A stretch of 64,000 nt of DNA from Eledone cirrhosa (lineage: Eukaryota): the NCBI GenBank assembly GCA_964016885.1, contig OZ024741.1, forward strand, positions 340,194,001 to 340,258,000. The letters are read 5' to 3'. A program made the translations under genes and the position numbers. Position 1 is the first letter of the stretch, and each line of letters begins with the position of its first letter. Below are positions 26,142-39,147 of this stretch, piece after piece. The notes under the pieces were generated by a model that was given only the letters and a program-made list of their open reading frames with translations, was not told the DNA's origin and did not search any database.

Positions 26142-28420
26142 TTAATGTTGGTCTATATTTTTGAATAAACATATTTTCCTTATTTGTTCTGTTGTATTGT
26201 TAGCGCAAAGGTAAAATGGGAAGACTTGGAATTTGGGTGTCTTATTACTTGCGCAAATGTCTAGATGTGCACTTAGTGGTATCTGTCTCGTGGTTGGATC
26301 TCGTAATTGTTGGCGATGAACTGTCATTCTGTTTCTGAGTGTGAGTTTAGTTTGTCCTATATAATCTTCATTGCATCCTTTACATTTAATGGCATAAATT
26401 AGATTTTTTGATGAGCAAGTGAAGTGATTTTTTACAGTAAAATTTTGTCCTGATTTAAATGTATACGTGTTGCCTTCAATGAGGTGAGTGCAGGTTCCAC
26501 AATTAGAGCGACCACATTTTTTGACACTTGGTTGTGGGTTTGTGGTAGGTAATTTGGCATTGGTGAGTAATGTTTTCAGTGATTTTGGTTGTCTTTTGCT
26601 TTTGATTATTGTGTGTGTTTCAAGGGCTTTTTTTCATTCTTGCGTTTTGTTTTAGTAGTGGGATGTTCTTGTGAATAGTGTTGTAAGCTTCCGCATTTCT
26701 TGGGTTGTGTGTTGAGATATATGATAGAATATTGGACGTACCTTGAATTTGTTTCTGTTTCCGTAATTCATCAATGCCTATTGCTTTAGCCCTTTCTATT
26801 CCATTATTTATTAGTAATAGTGGATACTCTCTCTCGAGTAGAATTTCCTTTAATTCTTGAAGTCTTTTATTTCGCGTTTCATAATTGGAGACAATTGTGC
26901 AAATTCTTCTTGCTAGGTTAAAAGGAATGTTCGTCTTCGTGTGCTTTGGATGGTTGGAGGTGAATAGCAGATATTGTTTGGAATCTGTTGGTTTGTAGTG
27001 TATGTCAGTTTCGATATTTGTGTCTTTTTTTAAGATTAAGATGTCCAGAAATGGGAGTTGATCTTGGCTGTATTCCATTGTGAATTGGATGTGGTTATTG
27101 ATGCCGTTTATTAAGTTTTTGAAATCCTTCAGTTGGTCGAGTGTGTGGGACCAAAGAATGAGGCAATCATACAAGTAGCGTTTCCAATTCTCTGATAAAT
27201 ATTTGTGGAAGTTCAATCCGTATTTTGATTTGGACTGTTCATATATCTGGACTTCTAAGTATGCCATGACTAAGTTGGCATAAGTTGGAGCGGCTTTTGT
27301 ACCCATCGCAGTCCCCGATATTTGCTTGTAAGTATTGCCATCGAAATCAAAAAAGTTGTTCTGTAGGATGAATTTTAATCCCTCGGTGATGAAGCTTTTT
27401 TCTATTCTGTCAGGTATCTCATTGGGATATTTCTCTAGCCAGAATCCTATTGCTTCTAGCCTGTATTGGTGTGGGATCGTTGTGTAGAGATTCACTACAT
27501 CGAAAGACACAATAATAGTGTCGTTGTTGACATGTTTGGGGAGGTGGTTTAAGAGGTCCAGATCGTCTCTTACAAGGCTTGGTATGTGTTTGAGAATTGG
27601 TTTCAGTAGTATGTCTATAAAGTTGCTCAATCTGTGTGTTTCACATTGTGGGCCCGCTACAATTGGTCTTAATTTAAGGTCTGTGGGGTATTGTGTGTTC
27701 ACGCAGGCTGAGGTGGATTGTTTACAGGCATCGTTGATTATTTTACACTTGTGGATCTTCGGAAGTCCGTAAAGGTTGCTGGTTTTGTATTCAAAATTTG
27801 TTAAATAATCGCGTTCCTTTTTAGTTAGGTCTTCCTGGTATCGATAAATCAGTGTGTTTAATTTGGTCATTATTTTTGATTGCTGGTAGTTTTTTACTCT
27901 TTCATAGTAATTAGTATTTTGTAAGAGAGAGAACTTAGAATTTTTATATTTTTCAGCCTCCATAATGACAACAGTACTTCCCTTGTCCACTTCCTTAATT
28001 ATAATGTCCGGATTGTTTTTTAGTTCATGGATAATCTCCCATTCCCTTCGACTCGTGTTGGGTTTGGGTTTAGGTTGCGGTAGTTCATGGTATGGGAAGG
28101 TAGCTATGTGGTCACAAAATTTGTCCAGAACTCTGTTTCTACCTTTTGTTGGGTTGTAGCTGCTTTTATTCCGTACAATTGATTCGTCGTTATTCTCCTT
28201 GTCAAAGAATTCCTCTGTGAGACGTAATTTTCTACAGAAGTGTGAGATATCGTCATTTATCTCGTTGGGGTTAGGGTATTGTGGTGTTGGTGTGAATTTC
28301 AGACCTTTGGAGAGAATTTTTACTTGTTGGACTGAGAGGTTTGTATTTGAAATGTTAATTATTTTCGGTTTTTCAAAATCGGTTTGTGCCACCGGGTGTC
28401 GTGAGTCCTGTAGCCTTGGT
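26142..28420 (-). pseudogene. PLE reverse transcriptase - Zn knuckle - GIY-YIG endonuclease
   Basis: YGLPKIHK, LRPIV, SFDVVNLYT, QISGTAMG, RYLYD (RYLDD in copy 2), SNHP, CGRSNCGTC, LIYAIKCKGCNEDYIGQT; 1 nt insertion in the A-run near 26630. Confidence 0.95.
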
Positions 28421-29200
28421 CTAAAAAATGATTTTTCGGGAATGTTTTTTCATTGGTATTATTATATCTAATGGTATTTCCCCTGTTGTTGTGTGGTCTT
28501 GTATAGGAGTTTCGGACGTCTTGAGGTTCGGTTTGTTGATAGTCCGGGTTGTAGATTTGGTTCCTTTGTGTGGGTTGGGATCTACGGTTTTGGAACAGGC
28601 TCTGTGTGGGCAGGGGTCTACGGTTTGGGAATAGGTTTTGTGTGGGTTGTGATCTGCGGATCAGGTCCTGCCTTGTGTTCAGGGATCTTTGGTTTTTGTT
28701 AGTAGGGTTATAGTTTTGTCTATGGTTTCTGGGATTATCGTTATAGTTTTGCTGGGGGTATGTTGGACGTTTTGTTACTTTTTTTGTTATTTGTTGTGCA
28801 TGTGGTGTGTGAGTTTTAGTTTGTTTTAAAAATGGGTTACCTGTATGTTGTTCATTTTTGAAGTCCATTTCGTAGTTGTTGAACCAGGTGGCGTTTTTTT
28901 CCCATCGCTGGAGGGATGTTTGTTCTTCATCCTCACAGTTTTCTTTCCAAAGTTTTAGGGGTTTTTTGTAGAGTAGGCCTTCAGAGTGCTTTGAGATTTC
29001 TGTGTCCATCTGTTGGTCGAGTGACTTGAATTTTTCTTCGTTGGAGTTGGCTCTTAATCGCAACAGTTCTATTTCTGTTTTAAATTTTTCCAATGCCATC
29101 TTTTCCCTAAGTCTTTGTTGGTTTTCTGGTTCATTCGAGATGGGTTTTATTTGGAGTTTTTTGGGGAGGATGATTGGGGAAGAGTTTAGCCACTTTTCAC
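28359..29200 (-). CDS. PLE N-terminal ORF (coiled-coil then Q/N/R-rich), 5'-truncated at the inversion junction
   Basis: 282 aa open frame overlapping the RT frame by about 90 nt. Confidence 0.8.
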
Positions 29201-29362
29201 ATAACATTCGCTATAAAGACTACAGAATAGTTTTCCAAATAAGGGCACAAAAATGTAATGAAAACTTGTTCACGTGACAGCCAAATTTCATTTATAACCA
29301 ATCAAATCACGTTTATTTAAAAAAAGCCTTCGTGAGCCACCTTTTTTTAAAGTAAAGAAATT

Positions 29363-29444
<82 letters not shown>

Positions 29445-29943
29445 CAAGCACACATATCTTTACTTTCTTTATTCAATAGAAAATCTGAATTCTGACACCC
29501 CAGCGAACTAACCATATTCACTGAACCAGAACACTTCTCCCATCCCTTTCTCTTGTCCATTATCTTTTTATCAAAAAATTCTCTAAAAAGGTTACAGAAT
29601 GGATTTCCAAATAAGGGCACAAAAATTTAATGAAAATTTGTTCACGTGACAGCCATAATTTCATTTATAACCAACCAAAAAAAAGCCTTCGTGAGCCTCC
29701 TTTTTTCAAGTAAAAAGAAATTCAAACACTCATATATGAAAAAACAACCTGTGACCCCCCCCCCTCTTATTTGAAGAACTATTGTGACGCGAAATGGCGC
29801 AAAATTTATTATAATTATTGACAAACCAATCAAATTACTTCTCGAAAAACCTGGCATTTCGAGCCACTTTTTCCATATAAAACAAGTAACATTCAGAGAC
29901 CAACCAGATGTGAGAAAAACCACAGACGCTCCATCTCAACTCA

Positions 29944-29981
29944 CCTTTTGAAAAGCAGAAGAACTGCGAAACCGGTAAAGG
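29944..29981 (+). ncRNA. Minimal type I hammerhead ribozyme, U3-A8 variant (inverted copy)
   Basis: Same sequence as 24734-24771 on the opposite strand. Confidence 0.75.
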
Positions 29982-30125
29982 AACCAAATAAATATATATA
30001 TTTTTTTAAAAAATAAGACTCCAGTTGCATTTTCGATTTCATCTCTTTTTCTTTATATATATATATACGGATCGAGTGCTCAGACAGCATACCACCTACG
30101 GACGCATTTATTGCAACCTTACAAC

Positions 30126-30192
<67 letters not shown>

Positions 30193-30193
<1 letters not shown>

Positions 30194-30359
30194 TGGCCTG
30201 CCCGCCCAGCCAGTGGGATGGCGACAGACTGGTCAGTCAAGGTGATCGAGGTGATATATATATATATATATATATCACCTCGATCACCTTGACTGACCAG
30301 TCTGTCGGGTGCCATTCAGTGCCACTGGTCACAGCACGTGCTGTTTTAGCCATATGCTG

Positions 30360-30415
<56 letters not shown>

Positions 30416-30761
30416 TGGTTACACAACAGTTAGTTCACCATACCCAGGATCCGCTAAGGTGAAACAATTGTTCTCGGTATGGTGAACTAACTGTTGTGTA
30501 ACCACTTCTACCTAACTCGTCCCTTGGACTGAGTGGTCTACCTCCACGGACATTACCTTCCAGTGTTCCACCACTATATATATATATATATATGGCATCA
30601 GCATATGGCTAAAACAGCACGTGCTGTGACCAGTGGCACTGAATGGCACCCGACAGACTGGTCAGTCAAGGTGATCGAGGTGATATATATATATATATAT
30701 ATATCACCTCGATCACCTTGACTGACCAGTCTGTCGCCATCCCACTGGCTGGGCGGGCAGG

Positions 30762-30764
<3 letters not shown>
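30193..30764. repeat. Nested palindrome: 173 bp unit (itself a hairpin) inverted around a PLE stub
   Basis: 30193-30365 is the reverse complement of 30593-30764; each has 32 bp arms around (AT)n; centre 30413-30575 has a 32 bp IR plus extension. Confidence 0.9.
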
Positions 30765-30856
<92 letters not shown>

Positions 30857-30859
<3 letters not shown>

Positions 30860-31221
30860 TTCTATTTAAATTGTTGGGATACAACAAGCAAATATTTTTA
30901 TAACTGATATAAAGCACTCAACAAATATTTGGAGTAAAAATACGATATTAACAAATGGAAACTATATTTATAAAACCATATTTATTTCATTATACATATT
31001 TCAAGGACACCAAGTTAAGTTACGGTGTGCTTTCATCAGATAAAATATAATATAGATCAGTTTTATAAATAAATATTGACATACCCTTAAAGAATGCAAC
31101 CATTGCTGTTGGAAGCTCCCAGATAGTGGAGTTGTAGCTTTAATTATATTATTAGTATAATACTACTAATAATAATGAAATAAATATGGTTTTATAAATA
31201 TAGTTTCCATTTGTTAATATC

Positions 31222-31223
<2 letters not shown>
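30857..31223 (-). mobile_element. Short head-to-head PLE terminus in (TA)n
   Basis: IR 30943-30993 / 31173-31223, about 85 nt extension on the left, hammerhead inside. Confidence 0.75.
30983..31047 (-). ncRNA. Type I hammerhead ribozyme
   Basis: uauuuuau-CUGAUGA-aagcacacc/ggugucCuu-GAAA-uaugua-UA-augaaaua. Confidence 0.8.
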
Positions 31224-31286
<63 letters not shown>

Positions 31287-31288
<2 letters not shown>

Positions 31289-34200
31289 GTACTCATCCTA
31301 TTTTTTTCTCGTCTCTCCATGTTCCCAGGTCCATTCATCTATCTGTATTATATCGTCCAGAATCCAATCTTTTCTTTTCAATGCTATTCGATAATTCTGT
31401 CTGATTGTTCAAAACAATCTTCTTGTATTTTAAAATCCCATGCTTCTGTCAGACCCCCGAAAACGATCTTCTACTTGTATTTAAACTCTTACTCTTATTG
31501 CTGTTATATGCTCGTTTAATTATGGCCGAAATTCTAGGATTATGAAATAACCTTCTCGCTAACTCCCCCAGACCCCTACCGCCCCCACTTGCCACCATTA
31601 TTATTTGGACCAATCATAATTCAGCGGCCTATAATATCACTTCTTAAGTTTAGACCTGGTTGCTTTTCGATATGATAGATGGACTATGGAGTTCTGGAGA
31701 GTCTGAAGAATAAAAAAAAATCTGGACACTCAATGACAATGCCAATGTTGCCCGACGAGAATGCAAGGTCTCCTCCTCTTTATTTCGGCCACAGATGGCT
31801 AACATAACCCCACCCACCCACCCCTGCGCACCATCCTTCCCACCCACCAAACGCAATCCAAAACTTCAGAGTTGGAACCATGAATGTAGGCACCTGAAAA
31901 AGTCGCTCTAACGAGGTTGTAGAGATGCTTGAACGTAAGGATGTTGATGTTTGCTGTATTCAAGAGACCAGGTGGAGGGGTGGGTCTGCTAGATTCATTG
32001 TGGGTAAAAAACGATGCTATAAACTTTTCTGGGTGAGAAATGACAATGGGTTGGGTGGGGTAGGAATCATGCTAGCAGAAAAATGGGTAGATAAGATAAT
32101 AGACGTAAATAGAGTGAACGACAGAATAATTAAAATAAGACTAGTTCTAAATAGAACTACTGTGACAATAATATCTGCGTATTCACCCCAATCCGGACTG
32201 CCTGGCGTTATAAAAGACAGATTCTATGAGTCGTTAATGCTCACTACCTCCCAAATAACCGACAGTGACTACATAATTATTGCTGGCGACCTAAATGGTC
32301 ACGTTGGACAACATTGTGATGGCTATGACAGAATCCATGGAGGCTATGGGTTTGGTACTAGAAATGAAGAAGGCTCCAGAATCCTGGAATTCTGTGACAC
32401 AAATAACCTAACTATCTGTAACACAAACTTTAAAAAAAAAGACAATCACTTGATTACCTATAGATCAGGGGAACACGCCAGTCAGATAGATTATATCCTT
32501 ACCAGAAGACGTGACAGAGTGTCTGTTGTAAACACTAAATCCTCCCCCATGAAGAATGCACCTCCCAACATAGCCTCATAGTTAGCAACCTCATAGTCAG
32601 GACGAGACGTACTCGACAACAGAGGAGGACTACCCTAAGGAGAATAATATGGAAGTTAAAGGACCCTACAACCAGTAATAAATTTAAAAGCATATTACTT
32701 GATGTTTTTGACAGTAGGGAAGAGAAATTAGAGTCGTACAATATAGAAGAACAGTGGGAATTCCTGAAAGCTAACCTGCTGAAGGCGACAGATGAAATCT
32801 GTGGCTGGAGCAGACCTATAGGCAGGAGGAGAGTAACTTGGTGGTGGAACAGTAAGGTGGAGGAGACAATCAAGGCCAAAAAGCAGGCTTGGAAAGTATG
32901 GCGGGATGGGGGAAGCAGAGAAGGCTATCAAGTGGCCAGGAGGGAAGCTAGAAGACAAGTGTACTTCGCAAAAAGGGAAGCAGGGGAAAGAAAAATAACG
33001 TGAGGTGTTCAGGATTGCTAGGCAATGTGTCAAGGAAAACTGTGATATTGTCGGGGAGAAGTGTGTCCGTAATGATTGTGGTGTACTTGCCATCACTGAT
33101 GCTGATAAGAAGGTAGATTGGAAGTGTCACTACGAGAGGCTACTAAATGAGGAGAATAAATAGGATAAAGACAGTCTGCCCCAAATCGATCCAATAGAGG
33201 GTCCAGCAGTGCAAGTTGAAGGTAGTATAATAAGTAAGGCAATCAAAGATATGAAGATGGGCAAGGCGGCTGGGCCTTCGGAAATAGTTGCTGAAATGCT
33301 GAAAGCATCTGGAACAGTGGGACACACTATGGTCACCCGGATAGTAAACCAAGTCATACAGAATGCGGTCATACCAAAGGACTGGCATAGCAGCAGCATG
33401 ATTAACTGCTACAAGGGTAAAGGAGATGCCCTAGATAGGAGAAACTATAGAGGCATTAAATTAATTGAGCAGGTCATGAAGGTCACAGCAAAAGTTATAG
33501 CACAACTAATCAGAGAGCGAATTGAGCTAGATGAAGTGCAGTTCGAGTTTGTGTCAGGTAAAAGTACCACAGGCGCTCTTTTCCTTGTACGACAACTACA
33601 GGAGAAGTACCTAGTTAAAAGTAAACCCCTATACTTAGCTTTTGTTGACTTGCAAAAAGCCTTTGACAGAGTCCCCCGCTCCATTATCTGGTGGGCTCTC
33701 AGAAAACTAGGTGTTGATGAATGGCTTGTGAGAGCTATACAAGCCATGTATAAAGAAACAGTCATCAGGGTTAGAATTAACAACGAATATAGTGAAGAGT
33801 TTAGCGTAAAAGTTGGTGTTCATCAGGGCTCTGTCCTTAGCCCCCTCATATTTATTATTGCCCTTCAGGCTATAACAGAAGAGTTCAAGACCGGCTGCCC
33901 ATGGGAACTTCTATACGCAGATGATCTAACACTCATAGCTGAATCAATGACCGAACTAGAGAAGAAATTCCAAATATGGAAGCATGGCCTAGAATCAAAA
34001 GGCCTTAAAATTAACTTGTCTAAGACTAAAGTTCTAGTATGTAGGAAGGAAAACAGGGCACTGGTCCCCTCTGGGAAATGGCCATGCTCAGTGTGTAGGA
34101 AAGGAGTAGGCAGAAACTCCATTTTATGTCCCAAATGCAAAGTATGAGTGCATAAAAGATGTAGTGGGATCACAGGTAAGCTAACTAAGAACATAGATTT

Positions 34201-35230
34201 TATATGTGGCCGGTGCTCAGGTGCAATAAGTAGTAGCAAGTGCCCACAGGATACTAGCTCCTTCCATTGCCCAGAGGGTTCTATAGAAATAGTGGACACT
34301 TTCCGTTACCTGGGTGACAAAATCAGCAGTGGTGGAGGGTGCTCGGAAAGTACAATAGCTAGAGTCAAAACGGGATGGAAAAAGTTCAGAGAGCTCATAC
34401 CACTATTGGCCGCTAAAGGTTTCTCTCTAAAAATGAAAGGCAGACTGTATGATGCCTGCATACGAACAGCAATGTTAAATGGCAGTGAGACACGGGCATT
34501 GTGTGCAGAGGATCTATGCAGACTAGAGAGGAACGAAGCTTGCATGCTCCGTTGGATGTTTAATAGTAAAATGCGTGAACAGCAAAGCATCAATGAACTA
34601 AGTGAGAAATTAGGAATAAGAGGGATCAGATGCTGTTTACTCGAGAGAAGAGTACGTTGGTATGGTCACGTGATGCCCATGAAAGACGACAGCTGTATAA
34701 AAAAAAGTGCAGGGTGATCAAAACAGACGGTAGCTACGGAGTAGGCAGACCCAGAAAAACCTGGGACGACTTGATAAATTCCGACCTTACACACTTACAC
34801 CTCTCCAAGACAATGTCACTGGACCGAGATCTTTGGCGCTACACAGTAATACAGAAAACCCGCCTTGCTTAAGTACAAAGCGAAACCTACAGTCAGTAGG
34901 CACCTCTAACAAAAATACACCCCCATCTAAACCACCCCTTTCGCTGTAAAGTTATGTTGGTGCCACAACATCCAGTCCGAAACAAATGAGGTCATGTAGG
35001 TGTCACGACAAAAAAAAAAAACACAGTCCACGCTGTAATGTGGCCGTGTAGGTAACACGGTAAAAACCTACCAGTCCACACTGTAAATGCGGTTGGTGTT
35101 AGGAAAGGCATCCAGCCGTAGAAAACCTGCCACACAAGCAAGACAACCAATCTTGCCTCAAGTGGGACAATTACCATCTAAACCTATTCTAGCGTGGAAG
35201 ATTGACGTTAAACCATGATGATGATAATGA

Positions 35231-35233
<3 letters not shown>
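31287..35233 (+). mobile_element. Near full-length RTE LINE (APE endonuclease + RT + PHD-like finger), inactivated
   Basis: DVCCIQETRW, AGDLNGH, SQIDYIL, NYRGIKL, AFVDLQKAFD, GVHQGS, LYADDL; several stops, frameshifts and deletions; (GAT)n tail. Confidence 0.95.
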
Positions 35234-35285
<52 letters not shown>

Positions 35286-35300
35286 TTTTAATATAGATGA

Positions 35301-35349
35301 GATTCTACAGGACTAGAACTGTTTCATTCTTCAGAAATCATCAGGAATC
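35301..35349 (-). ncRNA. Type I hammerhead ribozyme
   Basis: gauuc-CUGAUGA-uuucugaagaau-GAAA-cag..cug-UA-gaauc. Confidence 0.8.
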
Positions 35350-36054
35350 TGGGTTTCAAAAAATAATTATGGTATATATAGGTCTCTACAAGTGGTAGGA
35401 GAGGGTGAGGAATGGGATGGGTGTAGGTCATTGGTTGACAGAATTCATTAGAAGCTAATTCAACAAAGCTATAGTTTATTTTTATTTTTAGAGTAACAAA
35501 GGCAGGAAGAATTCTATAAACAGGTTCAGGATGGCATGCTAATCCTTATTAAGCTAACAGGTGTCTATAAAATCAGTGGGGGTCAGTCATGTAGATAGAT
35601 TTAAAGGAAAGGGAGATTCTTAAAAGCTAAATTCTTTACTAAGTGACAAAGTTTAGAGACTTCTGTAGACAAATTCAAAATATTGAGTGCATATCTTACT
35701 ATTGTGGTCAAATTTCTCTTAAACTATTCAACTATATGCCAAAATCAACAGACACATTCACAAAACACACTCACTCATACACTCTCGCGCACCCATAGAC
35801 ACACTCACATACACATACACACATATACATATATATATAAAAAAATAAATATATAAATATATATATATATACATATATATACATATATATACACATATAC
35901 ACACACATATACATACATATATATACATACATATACATATATATATATATATAAGGATTAAAATACTGGAGCGTGTTGGAGTTAAACACCCTCTTCGTAT
36001 TATAGAAATGACAGTAAAAGGTATAGCTCAATGTAATTAAACAGAGCCGAAGAA

Positions 36055-36176
36055 TTATGAAAATAAAACAAAGAAGCCTTCAATACATCAAAAGTCTTTA
36101 TTAGCCAACAATGTTTCGAAACATTGTTGGCTAATAAAGACTTTTGATGTATTGAAGGCTTCTTTGTTTTATTTTC

Positions 36177-36181
<5 letters not shown>
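36055..36181. repeat. Perfect spacer-less palindrome with 63 bp arms (PLE stub)
   Basis: Centre tttc|gaaa; each arm reads GAAAcattgttggct-aataaa... Confidence 0.9.
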
Positions 36182-36222
<41 letters not shown>

Positions 36223-36434
36223 TACACATACATATATATATATACACACACACTCACACATATACATCATATACATATACATATATACACCATATATACA
36301 CACATATATACATATATATATATACACATATATATATATATATATATAAAAGTTTACATATATATATACATACACATACATATACGTGTTTTGCAACTGG
36401 TCACTTTTTGGCTCAATGAAAAATTAATAAATTA

Positions 36435-36477
<43 letters not shown>

Positions 36478-36504
36478 CATACATATACATACATACACAC
36501 ATAC

Positions 36505-36535
<31 letters not shown>

Positions 36536-36618
36536 TACACATACACACACACACACACATACATATATACACATATATATATATATACACACATATATAT
36601 ATATACATATATACACAC

Positions 36619-36649
<31 letters not shown>

Positions 36650-36694
36650 TACACATATATATATATATATACACACACATACATACATATATAC

Positions 36695-36763
<69 letters not shown>

Positions 36764-36778
36764 TACATACATATATAC

Positions 36779-36836
<58 letters not shown>

Positions 36837-36889
36837 GCATACATACATACACACATACACACACACATATATATATATATATATACAAA

Positions 36890-36927
<38 letters not shown>

Positions 36928-37056
36928 CATATGCACATAAATATATATATATATATATATATAAACACACACATATATACATATACATACACATATACAT
37001 ATATATATATACACACACATATATACAAACACACATATATACATATATATATATAT

Positions 37057-37089
<33 letters not shown>

Positions 37090-37092
37090 ACC

Positions 37093-37129
<37 letters not shown>

Positions 37130-37269
37130 TATACATACGAATGCACATACACATATACACACACACATATATATATATATACAAATATATATATACATAT
37201 ATACATACACATATACATACATACACATACATATAGATACATACATACACATACATACCTGCATACACT

Positions 37270-37300
<31 letters not shown>

Positions 37301-37351
37301 CACATACACACACACACACACATACATATACATACACATACGCATACACAG

Positions 37352-37396
<45 letters not shown>

Positions 37397-37427
37397 CATA
37401 TATATATATATATATACATATATACAC

Positions 37428-37458
<31 letters not shown>

Positions 37459-37497
37459 AAAACACACATACACATATATACACATACATACATATAT

Positions 37498-37542
<45 letters not shown>

Positions 37543-37691
37543 CACATATATATACACACATGCACATACATACACGTATACCCATACATACAGATATACA
37601 CATAAATACACATACACATATAAATATATATACACACACATACATATGTGCACACATACTCATGTGTGTGTGTGTGTGTGTATGTGTGTGT

Positions 37692-37726
<35 letters not shown>

Positions 37727-37727
37727 A

Positions 37728-37813
<86 letters not shown>

Positions 37814-37853
37814 CCATATATATATATATATATATAAACACATATATATATAT

Positions 37854-37951
<98 letters not shown>

Positions 37952-37975
37952 TATACATATATATATATATATATC
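36182..37975. repeat. About 1.8 kb compound (TA)/(CA)/(TACA) microsatellite
   Basis: Directly visible; source of the YIYI/CVCV pseudo-ORFs. Confidence 0.95.
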
Positions 37976-38246
37976 ATAAATCATGTCTTATGAATCATCA
38001 GATATTAAAATATATACTATTTCTTCTTCTAATCAGCATAATTAACCATATACAAAATCCATCCTAGCAAGTTATAAGAATAAATTCTCTCATGGGGAAA
38101 TCTCCGACAAATAATCGATCGTAGCCTCTTCGCGTCGGCCCCGTTCCATTATTTATCCAACATTTCGACAGCATGTAGGATCCTTTTACTGTCATTTCTA
38201 TAATACGAAGAGGGTGTTTAACTCCAACACGCTGCAGTATTTGAAT

Positions 38247-38306
<60 letters not shown>

Positions 38307-38886
38307 GTATGTATATATATGTATGTATATGTGTGTGTCTATGTGTATATATATGTATATATATGTATATATATATATTTATATATTTATTTTTATATAT
38401 ATATATATATATGTGTGTATGTGTATGTGAGTGTGTCTATGGGCGCGCGAGGGTGTATGAGTGAGTGTGTTTTGTGAATGTGTCTGTTGATTTTGGCATA
38501 TAGTTGAATAGTTTAAGAGAAATTTGACCACAATAGTAAGATATGCACTCAATATTTTGAATTTGTCTACAGAAGTCTCTAAACTTTGTCACTTAGTAAA
38601 GAATTTAGCTTTTAAGAATCTCCCTTTCCTTTAAATCTATCTACCATGACTGACCCCCACTGATTTTATAGACACCTGTTAGCTTAATAAGGATTGGCAT
38701 GCCATCCTGAACCTGTTTATAGAATTCTTCCTGCCTTTGTTACTCTAAAAATAAAAATAAACTATAGCTTTGTTGAATTAGCTTCTAATGAATTCTATCA
38801 ACCAATGACCTACACCCATCCCATTCCCCACCCTCTCCTACCACTTGTAGAGACCTATATATACCATAATTAGTTTTTGATACCCA

Positions 38887-38935
38887 GATTCCTGATGATT
38901 TCTGAAGAATGAAACAGTTCTAGTCCTGTAGAATT
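38887..38935 (+). ncRNA. Type I hammerhead ribozyme (inverted copy)
   Basis: Same core; stem I gauuc/gaauu. Confidence 0.75.
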
Positions 38936-39076
38936 TCATCTATATTAAAACCTTTATACTCTGCTATGTATTGAGTACCTTACTTACTGTGGTTACCTCC
39001 GATTCAACCCGGAATAACGTATATATATATATATATATATAATATAAGATCAAAAGATGGTTAAAGGAGTTCCATA

Positions 39077-39147
39077 TATTTTATTATGCGCATTTCAAAA
39101 ACAAACATCATCAAGCAATAATATTTGTGTTTTCATCAGATAAAACA
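39077..39147 (-). ncRNA. Minimal type I hammerhead ribozyme
   Basis: uguuuuau-CUGAUGA-long stem II-GAAA-ugcgca-UA-auaaaaua. Confidence 0.85.

Larger units (their letters stand above)
24599..30055 (-). mobile_element. Neptune-type Penelope-like element, 5'-truncated, with inverted terminal copy (24660-25533 vs 29200-30055)
   Basis: RT plus GIY-YIG ORFs, about 860 bp inverted repeat, (TA)n on both sides; 3' UTR has an internal duplication of about 350 bp. Confidence 0.95.
35283..39019. mobile_element. Head-to-head PLE-derived element, arms 35283-36021 / 38182-38953, 66 nt extension on the right
   Basis: About 740 bp inverted repeat, each arm with a hammerhead; terminus shared with 48467-54424. 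Confidence 0.8.

Noticed and set aside
34145-34147. In-frame TGA in a Cys-rich region as possible selenocysteine
   Set aside because: It occupies the Trp position before VHxxC (TGG to TGA) in an element with many other lesions
36413-37977. Long ORFs (up to 476 aa) of YIYI/CVCV, with similar ones at 6445-6931, 14653-15025 and 53351-54028
   Set aside because: Translations of stop-free dinucleotide microsatellites
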